Source: Anaerolineales bacterium
GTDB lineage: Bacteria; Chloroflexota; Anaerolineae; Anaerolineales; Villigracilaceae
Direction of reading: 5' to 3'
Length of the DNA: 64,000 nucleotides
Assembly: GCA_030018695.1 (NCBI GenBank)
Contig: JASEHI010000004.1
Coordinates: 774-64,773 of the forward strand
Below the pieces are notes generated by a model. It was not told where the DNA came from. It worked only from the letters and a program-made list of their open reading frames with translations, and did not search any database. Positions 47,108 through 55,532 of this stretch are shown here, piece by piece. Position numbers and translations under genes: made by a program. Within the stretch, counting starts at the first letter, position 1; each line of letters starts with the position of its first letter.

Positions 47108-47132
47108 GTCGGACTGACAGCGGAGACTTAAA

Positions 47133-47810
47133 ATGCCCGACACCCCCCTGCTCCTCACCCTCGCCATCCTTGGCGGCACCGGCAAAGAAGGCAAAGGCCT
47201 CGCTTATCGCTGGGCTAAAGCCGGCTACCGCGTCGTCATCGGCTCGCGCACGCTCGAAAAGGCGCAGGCCGCCGCGCAGGAACTGAGCGATATGCTTGGC
47301 GGGGACGCGATCATCGAGGGCATAAGCAACCTCGAAGCCGCGCAACAGGCCGACATCGTCGCGCTGACCGTCCCATACGCCGCCCACCGTGAGACGCTCG
47401 AAGCCGTGAAAGACGCCCTGCAAGGAAAAATCCTGATTGATGTGACCGTTCCCCTTGTCCCGCCAAAAGTGACCAAAGTCCAGATGCCGCCGGCCGGCAG
47501 CGCAGCCCAGGAAGCCAGAGAGATTCTCGGCGCAGGCGTGGAAGTGGTCGCTGCCTTCCAGAATATCTCGCACGAGCATCTCCTCCACGATGAGCCAATC
47601 GAATGTGATGTGCTGGTGACCGGCACGAGCAAAGAAGCCCGCGCCGAAGTACTGAAACTTGTCGCCGCGGCCGGTCTGAGCGGCTGGGATGCCGGGCCGC
47701 TCGAGAATTCGGTGGTGGTCGAGGGATTGACCAGTGTGCTAATCGGCATCAACAAGCAATATGGCAGCACGCACGCAGGGATTAGAATTACAGGCGTTGA
47801 AAACAATTAA
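47133..47810 (+). CDS. npdG: NADPH-dependent F420 reductase
   Basis: LAILGGTGKEGKGLAYRWAKAGYRVVIGSR. Confidence 0.8.
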   Translation: MPDTPLLLTLAILGGTGKEGKGLAYRWAKAGYRVVIGSRTLEKAQAAAQELSDMLGGDAIIEGISNLEAAQQADIVALTVPYAAHRETLEAVKDALQGKILIDVTVPLVPPKVTKVQMPPAGSAAQEAREILGAGVEVVAAFQNISHEHLLHDEPIECDVLVTGTSKEARAEVLKLVAAAGLSGWDAGPLENSVVVEGLTSVLIGINKQYGSTHAGIRITGVENN

Positions 47811-48627
47811 TCCACTCACCCTCACCCCCCTCCCCGGCATCCCCCTCATCCGCGCCGGCGACGACCTGGCGGATATTATTCTTGGCGGGTTATCCAAATC
47901 CCAGATAAAGCTTAAGGATGGAGACATCCTGGTCCTGGCGCAAAAGATCGTCTCGAAATCTGAAGGCCGCTGGATCAATTTACTGACCGTTTTTCCCTCC
48001 ACGCAAGCTATCGAGGCGGCTACACGCAGCGAGAAAGATCCTCGCCTGGTTGAACTCATCCTTCAAGAGAGCCGTGAAATCCTGCGCGTCCGCCCCGGAA
48101 CAATCGTTGTCGAGCATAAGTTGGGCTTCGTCTGCGCCAATGCCGGGATTGACCATTCCAACGTGGCTGCTCCTGAGACATCCGAGGTCTTCGCGAAGCA
48201 CCCCCGAAGGGGGCAAGACTTCGGAAGTCTCCCGGCTGAAGACTGGGTATTACTCCTCCCCGAAAACCCCGACCGCTCCGCGGTCGAAATACGCCATAAA
48301 CTCGAAGCCGCCACCGGTTTAAAAATCGGTGTGCTGATCGTCGACTCGCACGGGCGCGCCTGGCGGCTGGGGACAGTCGGCATGGCCATCGGATTGAGCG
48401 GTCTTCCAGGCCTCGTGGACGAACGCGGCTGGAAAGACCTGTTCGGTTACACACTCCAGATCACTGTCGTCGGCGTTGCAGACGAACTGGCCGCCGCCGC
48501 TTCCCTCGTCATGGGCCAGGCCGCCGAAGGGACGCCGGTCGTCCACGTGCGCGGTTTCCCCTATCCGCTGTGCGAGGGATCGCTCGGCGAACTCTTGCGA
48601 AACAGGGAACAAGATTTGTTTCGTTGA
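47761..48627 (+). CDS. cofE: Coenzyme F420-0:L-glutamate ligase (start uncertain)
   Basis: PLPGIPLIRAGDDLADII, KIVSKSEGR and CANAGIDHSNV. It carries a roughly 25-aa palindromic insert at 48181-48235. Confidence 0.8.
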   Translation: MAARTQGLELQALKTINPLTLTPLPGIPLIRAGDDLADIILGGLSKSQIKLKDGDILVLAQKIVSKSEGRWINLLTVFPSTQAIEAATRSEKDPRLVELILQESREILRVRPGTIVVEHKLGFVCANAGIDHSNVAAPETSEVFAKHPRRGQDFGSLPAEDWVLLLPENPDRSAVEIRHKLEAATGLKIGVLIVDSHGRAWRLGTVGMAIGLSGLPGLVDERGWKDLFGYTLQITVVGVADELAAAASLVMGQAAEGTPVVHVRGFPYPLCEGSLGELLRNREQDLFR

Positions 48628-48639
48628 CCACTTCATGAA

Positions 48640-48749
48640 GGGTGTGTTTCAAATGAGTTGAAGTAAGAACGTCCCGAAGGTTTTGATGAGAAAATTTGAT
48701 CGTTTTTTGCCAACCTTCGGGACGGTTTCGACTGAAATGAAACACACCC
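48640..48749. mobile_element. MITE copy 1 (110 bp, foldback, TIR GGGTGTGTTTCA)
   Basis: It is the reverse complement of 60850-60958 with a few mismatches and one 1-nt indel. It lies 12 nt after the cofE stop. Confidence 0.8.
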
Positions 48750-48858
48750 AAATCAAACTACTTCTCGGCTGTTCGGAAGAAGAAACTCAAATTGCACTGG
48801 CTTGCTCTAACAACGACAAGATGCGCGCACTGCTTATCCCCCGACCAAAGGAGAAAAC

Positions 48859-49260
48859 TTGAAATCCATACCCGAATCCCACCACGATTTGCTGAAAGAC
48901 GAGACGAAAGCCTTTGTCTACCTCGCCACCCTCATGCCGGACGGCTCCCCTCAGGTCACACCGGTCTGGTTCAACACAGATGGGGAGCACATCCTCATAA
49001 ACTCAGCCGAGGGGCGCATCAAAGACCGCAACATGCGTGCCCGCCCCACCGTCGCATTGTGCATCGCCGACCCCGCCAACCCGTACCGGTATCTTCAAAT
49101 TCACGGCAAGGTGATCGAGTTCACCACCGCAGGCGCCGACGCTCACATTGACGCGTTGGCCTTCAAATATCAAGGCGTCCCCAAATACCCGTATCGCCAG
49201 TCAGGCGAAATACGCGTTAAATACAAAATCCAGGCCGAAAAAGTGGACGCTCACGGATGA
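48859..49260 (+). CDS. PPOX-class (probable F420-dependent) oxidoreductase
   Basis: FVYLATLMPDGSPQVTPVWFNTDGEHILINS...RARPTVALCI. Confidence 0.75.
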   Translation: MKSIPESHHDLLKDETKAFVYLATLMPDGSPQVTPVWFNTDGEHILINSAEGRIKDRNMRARPTVALCIADPANPYRYLQIHGKVIEFTTAGADAHIDALAFKYQGVPKYPYRQSGEIRVKYKIQAEKVDAHG

Positions 49261-49880
49261 TGGTCGGCAGACAGTTGACGGCTGACCTTCACGATTTCCT
49301 GCGCACGCGCCGCTCCATCCGCCGCTTCACACCGGACCCCGTACCGGCCGCCGTTATCGAGCGCATCCTCGAGACCGCCACCTACGCCCCCTCCGCGCAT
49401 AACAAGCAGCCCTGGCGATTTGCGGTGGTGACGGATTTATCCGCAAAAGCGCGCCTGGCTGAGGCCATCTGCGCCCGCTTCCGCGCCGACATGACTGCCG
49501 ACGCCGCGCCGGAAGAGGAGATTGCCAACCGCATCGCCCGCACCATCCGCCGCACGACCGAAGCGCCGCTTGTCATCGTCCTGTGCCGCGAGGTGACCCA
49601 GGTCAGACCGCAGCCGGACATTGTCCGCCAGCAGGCCGAATCCACGATGGGCATGCAATCCGTTGCCATGGCCGGACTGCAACTGCTGCTGTCCGCGCAC
49701 GCCGAGGGTCTCGGCGGGACGTGGATCTGCTGGCCGCTCTTTGCCCCACAAGAGACCCGCGCCGCCCTCGACCTGCCCGCTGAATGGGAGCCGCAGGGCA
49801 TGGTGTTCATCGGGTATTCAGCAGAAGAACCGCCGATCCCCGGACGTAAACCGTTATCAGAAATCACGCTCTTCCGCTAA
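49257..49880 (+). CDS. Nitroreductase-family protein (FbiB C-terminal-domain-like)
   Basis: RRSIRRFTPDPVP and YAPSAHNKQPWRFAVV. Confidence 0.7.
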   Translation: MMVGRQLTADLHDFLRTRRSIRRFTPDPVPAAVIERILETATYAPSAHNKQPWRFAVVTDLSAKARLAEAICARFRADMTADAAPEEEIANRIARTIRRTTEAPLVIVLCREVTQVRPQPDIVRQQAESTMGMQSVAMAGLQLLLSAHAEGLGGTWICWPLFAPQETRAALDLPAEWEPQGMVFIGYSAEEPPIPGRKPLSEITLFR

Positions 49881-49888
49881 CTGTTCCA

Positions 49889-49952
49889 TTGTTTACTTGT
49901 CTACTTGTCTACTTGTCTACTTGTCTACTTGTTTACTTGTCTACTTGTCTAC
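49889..49952. repeat. Tandem octamer TTGTCTAC x8 (two TTGTTTAC variants)
   Basis: Direct reading. It lies between the nitroreductase stop and the cofD ATG (49968). Confidence 0.9.
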
Positions 49953-49967
49953 TGCTCCCTGATCACT

Positions 49968-50903
49968 ATGAAACTAGTCGCTCTCGCCGGCGGCGTCGGC
50001 GGCGCAAAACTAGCCAACGGCCTCGCCCAAATTCTCCCACCCAAAGATTTGACAATCGTCGTCAACACCGGCGACGACTTCGAGCATCTCGGCCTGTACA
50101 TCTGCCCGGATTTGGATACGGTTTGCTATACACTGGCGGCATTGGCAAACCCAGAGACCGGCTGGGGGCGTGCAGAAGAAACCCATCATGCGCTGGAAAA
50201 TATCGAAAAACTTGGCGGCGAAAATTGGTTCCGGCTGGGCGATAAAGATCTTGCCACCCACATCGAACGCAGCCGCCGCCTGCGTGAGGGCCAGAGTCTC
50301 AGCCGGATCACGCGCGATTTATGCCGCGCCTGGGGCGTGAGACCGGTCATCCTGCCGATGAGCGATGACCCCGTCCGCACCATTGTGGACACGCTCGAAT
50401 ACGGCGAATTGCCCTTCCAGGAATATTTCGTCCAGCGTAAGTGCGAGCCGAAAGTCACAGGATTCCGCTTCGCGGGCATCGAAGAGGCCAAACCGGCCCC
50501 GGGCGTGATAGAGGCGATTTCAGCCGCAGACGCAATCGTCATTTGCCCCTCCAATCCCTGGGTGAGCATTAATCCCATCCTTGCCGTCCTCCAACTTCGC
50601 TCCACCGTCCACCGTCCACCGTCCATCGTTGCCATCTCCCCTATCATCGGTGGCCAAACGGTCAAGGGTCCGGCGGCGAAGATGTTCGCCGAACTGGGCA
50701 TCCCGCCCTCAGCGCTGGCCGTCGCAGAGCACTATAAAAACCTATTGACCGGATTTATCCTGGATCATGTAGATGCCACGCTCGCGCCTAACGTGGAACA
50801 TTTAAACGTGCAAACGTGTGTCACAAGTACTCTGATGAAAACAGTCTCTGACCAACGCCAATTGGCCGAAGATGTGCTAAACTTCATCCAGAGATTGATA
50901 TGA
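49968..50903 (+). CDS. cofD: 2-phospho-L-lactate transferase
   Basis: MKLVALAGGVGGAKLANGL and NTGDDFEHLGLYICPDLDTVCYTLA. The ORF-track extension is only the translated octamer repeat. Confidence 0.85.
   Translation: MKLVALAGGVGGAKLANGLAQILPPKDLTIVVNTGDDFEHLGLYICPDLDTVCYTLAALANPETGWGRAEETHHALENIEKLGGENWFRLGDKDLATHIERSRRLREGQSLSRITRDLCRAWGVRPVILPMSDDPVRTIVDTLEYGELPFQEYFVQRKCEPKVTGFRFAGIEEAKPAPGVIEAISAADAIVICPSNPWVSINPILAVLQLRSTVHRPPSIVAISPIIGGQTVKGPAAKMFAELGIPPSALAVAEHYKNLLTGFILDHVDATLAPNVEHLNVQTCVTSTLMKTVSDQRQLAEDVLNFIQRLI
50601..50628. repeat. Heptamer tract TCCACCG x3 plus TCCATCG inside cofD
   Basis: Direct reading. It encodes STVHRPPSI. Confidence 0.7.
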
Positions 50904-51514
50904 CCATTTGGGCAATTGTCCCGGTTAAACCACTGCGGCGCGGCAAATCCCGGCTGGCAGGCGCGTTGAGCGACGACGAACGCGCCCAGCTCAACCGTCG
51001 TTTGCTGGAACATATCCTCCAAACGTTGGGAGAATTACCGGAGATCGAACATACTCTGGTCGTCAGCCGCGACCCGGCAACGCTGGCAATCGCCCGCGAG
51101 CGGGGCGCCCGCACCGTGTTGGAAAATGGCGCTCCGCACCTGAACATGGCGCTGAAACGGGCGACCATCGTGGCGCAAGCCCACAGCGCGCATGGGGTGC
51201 TCATCTTGCCCGCGGATCTGCCCCTGATCGCGGCTTCTGATATTTACGCCATGCTCGAGCGGGGCAATGACCCGCCGGTGGTCGTCGTCGCTCCCGACCG
51301 CTGCAAGGAGGGGACGAACGGGTTGTACATTAATCCGGCCGGCCTGATCGAATACGCCTTTGGACCCGGGTCCTACCCGCGGCACTGCCAAAGCGTCCGC
51401 CAGGCCGGGGCGCGGCTGGAAATCGTCACCCTGCCATCTTTGGAATTGGATTTGGATATACCCGAAGACCTGGCCTTGCTGGATGGACTAGAAGGATTTA
51501 AGGCACATTCGTAA
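50900..51514 (+). CDS. cofC: 2-phospho-L-lactate (or PEP) guanylyltransferase
   Basis: IWAIVPVKPLRRGKSRL and APDRCKEGTNGL. Its start overlaps the cofD stop (ATGA). Confidence 0.8.
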   Translation: MTIWAIVPVKPLRRGKSRLAGALSDDERAQLNRRLLEHILQTLGELPEIEHTLVVSRDPATLAIARERGARTVLENGAPHLNMALKRATIVAQAHSAHGVLILPADLPLIAASDIYAMLERGNDPPVVVVAPDRCKEGTNGLYINPAGLIEYAFGPGSYPRHCQSVRQAGARLEIVTLPSLELDLDIPEDLALLDGLEGFKAHS

Positions 51515-51584
51515 TGGGTGCTATAATGCAACAGGTTGGACCCAACAAAAACCCGATTCTACAAATAAATTTAGGAGGTACCCC

Positions 51585-54086
51585 ATGGAGAAGAGAAGCG
51601 TTGATTCACTCATAATAACCAAACATCAGCTTCAGGCAGAACTGATAAGGTGCGAGTATTGCGAGGAGAAACCATGTAAGGCAGCCTGTCCTGCCAATTG
51701 CTCACCATTTGATTTCATCATGGCAGCGCGCGTGGGGAATCCCTCGGATTTTAGGCGTTCCGCCAGTGAGGTGATGAGAAATAACCCTCTGGGCGGCGTC
51801 TGCGGGTTGGTTTGTCCAGACAGATTTTGCATGGCAGCATGTACGCATAAAAAATTCGATGGGGCAATCAACATCCCTCTGATCCAAGCGACGGTGGTTG
51901 AAATGGCAAAGCGCCTGGGAGGAATCCCGGAACTTACGACACCAGCCTCGAATGGGATGAAAGTTGCGGTCTTGGGCGGCGGGCCGGCTGGACTCGGGGC
52001 TGCTGCCGCCCTGGCACAGATGGGATACGCCATTGACATTTTCGAGAGCCGCGACCGGCTCGGCGGCATGATGAACCTTATCCCAGACCAGCACCTCGAT
52101 AAAAAGGTGATGGAGACAGATATTGATTTCCTCCTTTCGCTGGGCGAAATCAGGGCAAAGACCGGATCGAAGGTCGAGGACCCCAAGAGTCTGCTCGCAC
52201 AGGACTACAACGCCGTATGTGTCGCGGCCGGTCTCTGGAAACCGATCGAGCTGGGCATCGAGAACGAAGACCTGGCAATTAAGATGGTTGATCTGCTCTC
52301 CATGCCAGACGCTTACAGCTTCGATGGACGCGTAGCAGTGATTGGGGGCGGCGCAACTGCCATTGATTGTGCCATCACCGCCAAAGAACGAGGCGCCAGG
52401 CACGTTGAACTCTTCATGCTCGAGAAGCTTTCCGAGATGCCGCTCGCTGCCAAAGAACGGCAGGAATTGGTTGATTATGATATCGAGGTGAATGGGCGGA
52501 TTCGCGTGAGCCGGATCACGAAAAACAACCGGGGTATATCGGGGATCGAGACCATGAAGGTCCAACTCCTGGAGGATTTACCTTTCAGCCCTGCCAATGT
52601 TCGCGATGTTCGCGGGACTGAAGGCATGAGAACCGGTTTTAACGCGGTGGTCATTGCGATCGGAATGCGTTCCACTCTTTCGCGCGAACAAGTCGAGGGT
52701 ATCTTCTACGCTGGTGATATGTTAACCGGCCCGACAACAGTGGTTGAAGCAGTTGCATCCGGTAAGAATACGGCCCTGCAAATTGACGCCTATCTGAAAC
52801 ACCAGAAACAACCCTTGATCGAAAAGGCGACCAAGTCAACCTACGCCCTGCCCGGCTATAACCCGGTGCCTGTATCCCTCGCAGCCGATTTTTTCGGGCG
52901 CCCGATCCGCTCGCCTTACCTGCTCTCGGCCTCGCCGGTTACGGATGGATTGGAACAGATGACGAAGGCCTACCAGGCCGGCTGGGCTGGCGGCGTAATG
53001 AAGACTGCTTTCGATAACGTTCCCATTCACATTCCTTCCGAGTACATGTTCACATTTAACCCTTACACCTACGGCAACTCGGATAATGTGTCGGGACACC
53101 CGCTCGACCGTGTCTGCCGGGAGGTGGAACAGTTGGTCAAACAGTGGCCCGATCGGTTGACGATGGCGTCCACTGGCGGCCCGGTGACCGGTCACGATGA
53201 AGCTGATTCGGCTGTGTGGCAATCAAACACCAGAAAACTCGAAGCCGCTGGCGCCATGGGCATCGAGTACTCGTTGTCCTGTCCTCAAGGTGGCGATGGG
53301 ACTGAGGGCGACATCGTCTCCCAGAATGCGGCGCTCACTGCCAAAATCATCGGATGGATCATGGAGGTCGGATCCCCCGATATCCCTAAACTTTTCAAAT
53401 TGACAGCCGCCGTGACTTCCATCATACCGATTCTGCGGGCGATACGACATGTACTCGCAAAGTATCCTGGCAAGAAGGCCGGGGTTACGCTGGCAAACTC
53501 TTTCCCCACCCTCGCCTTTCGGCCAGCCGCTGATAAGCGTAAATGGGACGAAGGTGTCATCGTGGGCATGAGCGGCGAGGGTGTCACGCCTATCTCGTTC
53601 TTAACACTGGCGCAGGCTGTACCGGAAGGCGTGGAAATCTCCGGAAACGGCGGCCCGATGAACTATAAAGCCGCAATGGATTTCCTGGCCCTGGGTGTCA
53701 AGACCGTTCAGTTCTGCACGATTGCCATGAAACATGGTATTGGGATCATAGAGGAACTCGAGTCCGGTACTGCCTTTCTGATGCAGGAACGCGGCATCAA
53801 GTCGGTTCGAGAATTGATTGGAATTGCTCAACCGCATCCGGTCACCGACTTCATGGCTCTCTCGCCGGTCAAGAAGGTTTCAGACGCCAGCCACGCTTTG
53901 TGCGTCTCGTGCGGAAACTGCGCCCGCTGCCCTTATCTGGCTATCGAACTCGACGAGGAGCGCCTGCCTCGGACAGACCCGGCCAAGTGTATTGGCTGCT
54001 CGATCTGTGCGCAGAAATGCTTCGTCGGTGCAATCGCCATGCGTACGCGCAGCGTCGAGGAACTCGAAATGTTGAAAGAGCATTGA
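51585..54086 (+). CDS. Dihydropyrimidine-dehydrogenase-like fusion: GltD/PreT-like FeS-flavoprotein, DHOD/DHPD TIM barrel and 2x[4Fe-4S]
   Basis: CEYCEEKPCKAACPANC, KVAVLGGGPAGLGAAAALAQMGYAIDIFE, and C-terminal CVSCGNCARCP...CIGCSICAQKC. Confidence 0.75.
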   Translation: MEKRSVDSLIITKHQLQAELIRCEYCEEKPCKAACPANCSPFDFIMAARVGNPSDFRRSASEVMRNNPLGGVCGLVCPDRFCMAACTHKKFDGAINIPLIQATVVEMAKRLGGIPELTTPASNGMKVAVLGGGPAGLGAAAALAQMGYAIDIFESRDRLGGMMNLIPDQHLDKKVMETDIDFLLSLGEIRAKTGSKVEDPKSLLAQDYNAVCVAAGLWKPIELGIENEDLAIKMVDLLSMPDAYSFDGRVAVIGGGATAIDCAITAKERGARHVELFMLEKLSEMPLAAKERQELVDYDIEVNGRIRVSRITKNNRGISGIETMKVQLLEDLPFSPANVRDVRGTEGMRTGFNAVVIAIGMRSTLSREQVEGIFYAGDMLTGPTTVVEAVASGKNTALQIDAYLKHQKQPLIEKATKSTYALPGYNPVPVSLAADFFGRPIRSPYLLSASPVTDGLEQMTKAYQAGWAGGVMKTAFDNVPIHIPSEYMFTFNPYTYGNSDNVSGHPLDRVCREVEQLVKQWPDRLTMASTGGPVTGHDEADSAVWQSNTRKLEAAGAMGIEYSLSCPQGGDGTEGDIVSQNAALTAKIIGWIMEVGSPDIPKLFKLTAAVTSIIPILRAIRHVLAKYPGKKAGVTLANSFPTLAFRPAADKRKWDEGVIVGMSGEGVTPISFLTLAQAVPEGVEISGNGGPMNYKAAMDFLALGVKTVQFCTIAMKHGIGIIEELESGTAFLMQERGIKSVRELIGIAQPHPVTDFMALSPVKKVSDASHALCVSCGNCARCPYLAIELDEERLPRTDPAKCIGCSICAQKCFVGAIAMRTRSVEELEMLKEH

Positions 54087-54140
54087 TCCAGGCCTGCAAA
54101 GCGCCTGGCTGGTAGAAGAACTAACACGAAAGGATAGAAT

Positions 54141-55460
54141 ATGACAATTCGATTTGAGAATGGCATCGTGGCGACCTTGGGCCAGAATAACCGGGTTCTG
54201 TGGAACGGGTCAGTCGTCACCGATGGAGAACAAATTACGGCGGTTGGTGATTCCGCCAAAATGAAGGAACGTTTTCCCGATGCGGAAATGGTGGATTGTA
54301 CAGGCAAACTCATTCTGCCTGGTTTTATCTGCACCCACCACCACTTTTATTCCAGCATGGCGCGCGGCATGGCCATTCCGGGAGAACCAGCTTCCAACTT
54401 CGTTGAAATCCTCGAGCGACTTTGGTGGAAACTTGACAAAGCGCTCTCTGCGGAAGATATTACCCTTTCTGCCCAGGTTCCTCTCATTGAGTGTATCCGT
54501 AACGGCACGACCACGGTCATTGACCATCACGCCTCGCCATCCATGCGCGATGGCTCCCTGGATTTGATCGAAGAGGCTGTCCGCCAGGCTGGCATCCGGG
54601 CTTCGCTCTGCTACGAGGTGTCGGATCGCAATGTACCAGGCGGCGGGATTGCCGAGAACGAGCGCTTCATCAAGAAAGTCGGCAAGGGCGATGGACAGAT
54701 CGCGGCCATGATGGGGCTGCACGCTTCCTTCACCGTGTCCGATGAGACGGTCGAAACATGTGTGGGGATTGCTAAGGATGCTGGCGTGGGATGCCACGTC
54801 CATGTGGCCGAGGATGCGGCAGATAGAAAAGATTCACTGGCAAAGTACGGCGTGCCCACGGTGGAACGGCTGCACAAGCTGAATGTTACCGGCGAAAAGT
54901 CAATCTTTGTTCACTGCGTTCACATTGATGATTCCGAGATGCAGATTCTCGCCGATACAGGCACCAGCGTCGTCCACAACCCCGAATCGAACATGAACAA
55001 CGCCGTGGGTGTCACCAAGCTGCTTGAATTACTGAGAAAGGGCGTGCTGGTCGGCCTGGGCACCGACGGAATGTCCTCGGACATGCTCGCCCAGATGCGT
55101 TGCGCCTATTTGTTGCATCGGCTTGACAACCGGGATCCGCGTGTGGCTTTCGTTGAGGCGCCGCGCTTGTTATTGCAGAACAATGCCGCCATTTGCGAGC
55201 GGCAGTTTAGCCTGCGCCTGGGCGAGATAGCTCAAGGCCGTCCTGCCGATCTCGCCATCATTGACTATCGGCCTCCTACGCCGCTCAGTGAAGCCAACTT
55301 CCTCGGGCACCTCATCTTCGGGTTGGTAGATGCAACGGTGGATACCACAGTCTGCAAGGGTAAAATCCTGATGAAGAACAAGAAGGTGCTTTCTCTTGAC
55401 GAAGAGCGCATCGCGGCCCGCTCGCGGGAACTCGCAGCGCGGATGTGGCAGCGGCTGTAA
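54141..55460 (+). CDS. SsnA-like amidohydrolase, second paralog
   Basis: CTHHHFYSSMARGMAIPGEPASNFVEILERLWWKLD and HVAED. Colinear with 43555-44991. Confidence 0.75.
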   Translation: MTIRFENGIVATLGQNNRVLWNGSVVTDGEQITAVGDSAKMKERFPDAEMVDCTGKLILPGFICTHHHFYSSMARGMAIPGEPASNFVEILERLWWKLDKALSAEDITLSAQVPLIECIRNGTTTVIDHHASPSMRDGSLDLIEEAVRQAGIRASLCYEVSDRNVPGGGIAENERFIKKVGKGDGQIAAMMGLHASFTVSDETVETCVGIAKDAGVGCHVHVAEDAADRKDSLAKYGVPTVERLHKLNVTGEKSIFVHCVHIDDSEMQILADTGTSVVHNPESNMNNAVGVTKLLELLRKGVLVGLGTDGMSSDMLAQMRCAYLLHRLDNRDPRVAFVEAPRLLLQNNAAICERQFSLRLGEIAQGRPADLAIIDYRPPTPLSEANFLGHLIFGLVDATVDTTVCKGKILMKNKKVLSLDEERIAARSRELAARMWQRL

Positions 55461-55485
55461 TATTTGGTTGAATTCGTAATATAAT

Positions 55486-55520
55486 AGCCCTCGCCTCTCG
55501 CCCAGCGAGGGCTTTCTATT
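55486..55520 (+). terminator. Rho-independent terminator
   Basis: AGCCCTCGC-(10 nt)-GCGAGGGCT followed by TTCTATT. Confidence 0.65.
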
Positions 55521-55532
55521 GCGAGTAAAACC

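Noticed and set aside
46364-47194. Long antisense or alternative-frame ORFs inside GC-rich genes (for example 46364..47194, 51702..52565, 1467..2141, 6969..7742, 14405..15010, 17684..18427, 37843..38508, 47225..47806, 54210..54803, 55788..56477, 57946..58545)
   Set aside because: These are shadow ORFs typical of high-GC DNA. Each lies wholly within a gene with clear family motifs on the other strand or frame, and has Arg/Ala/Gly/Pro-rich composition with no motifs.
49889-49952. The octamer array, and the heptamer array at 35564-35598, as a CRISPR array
   Set aside because: Units are only 7-8 nt and strictly tandem with no spacers, and no cas genes are in the window.
49905-49967. N-terminal extension of cofD (MSTCLLVYLFTCLLVY...)
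   Set aside because: It is simply the translated octamer repeat. The conserved CofD N-terminus starts at MKLVALAGGVGG. Similar 5' extensions were trimmed for 15621, 29307, 40103, 40798, 57473, 38625, 15523 and 3599.
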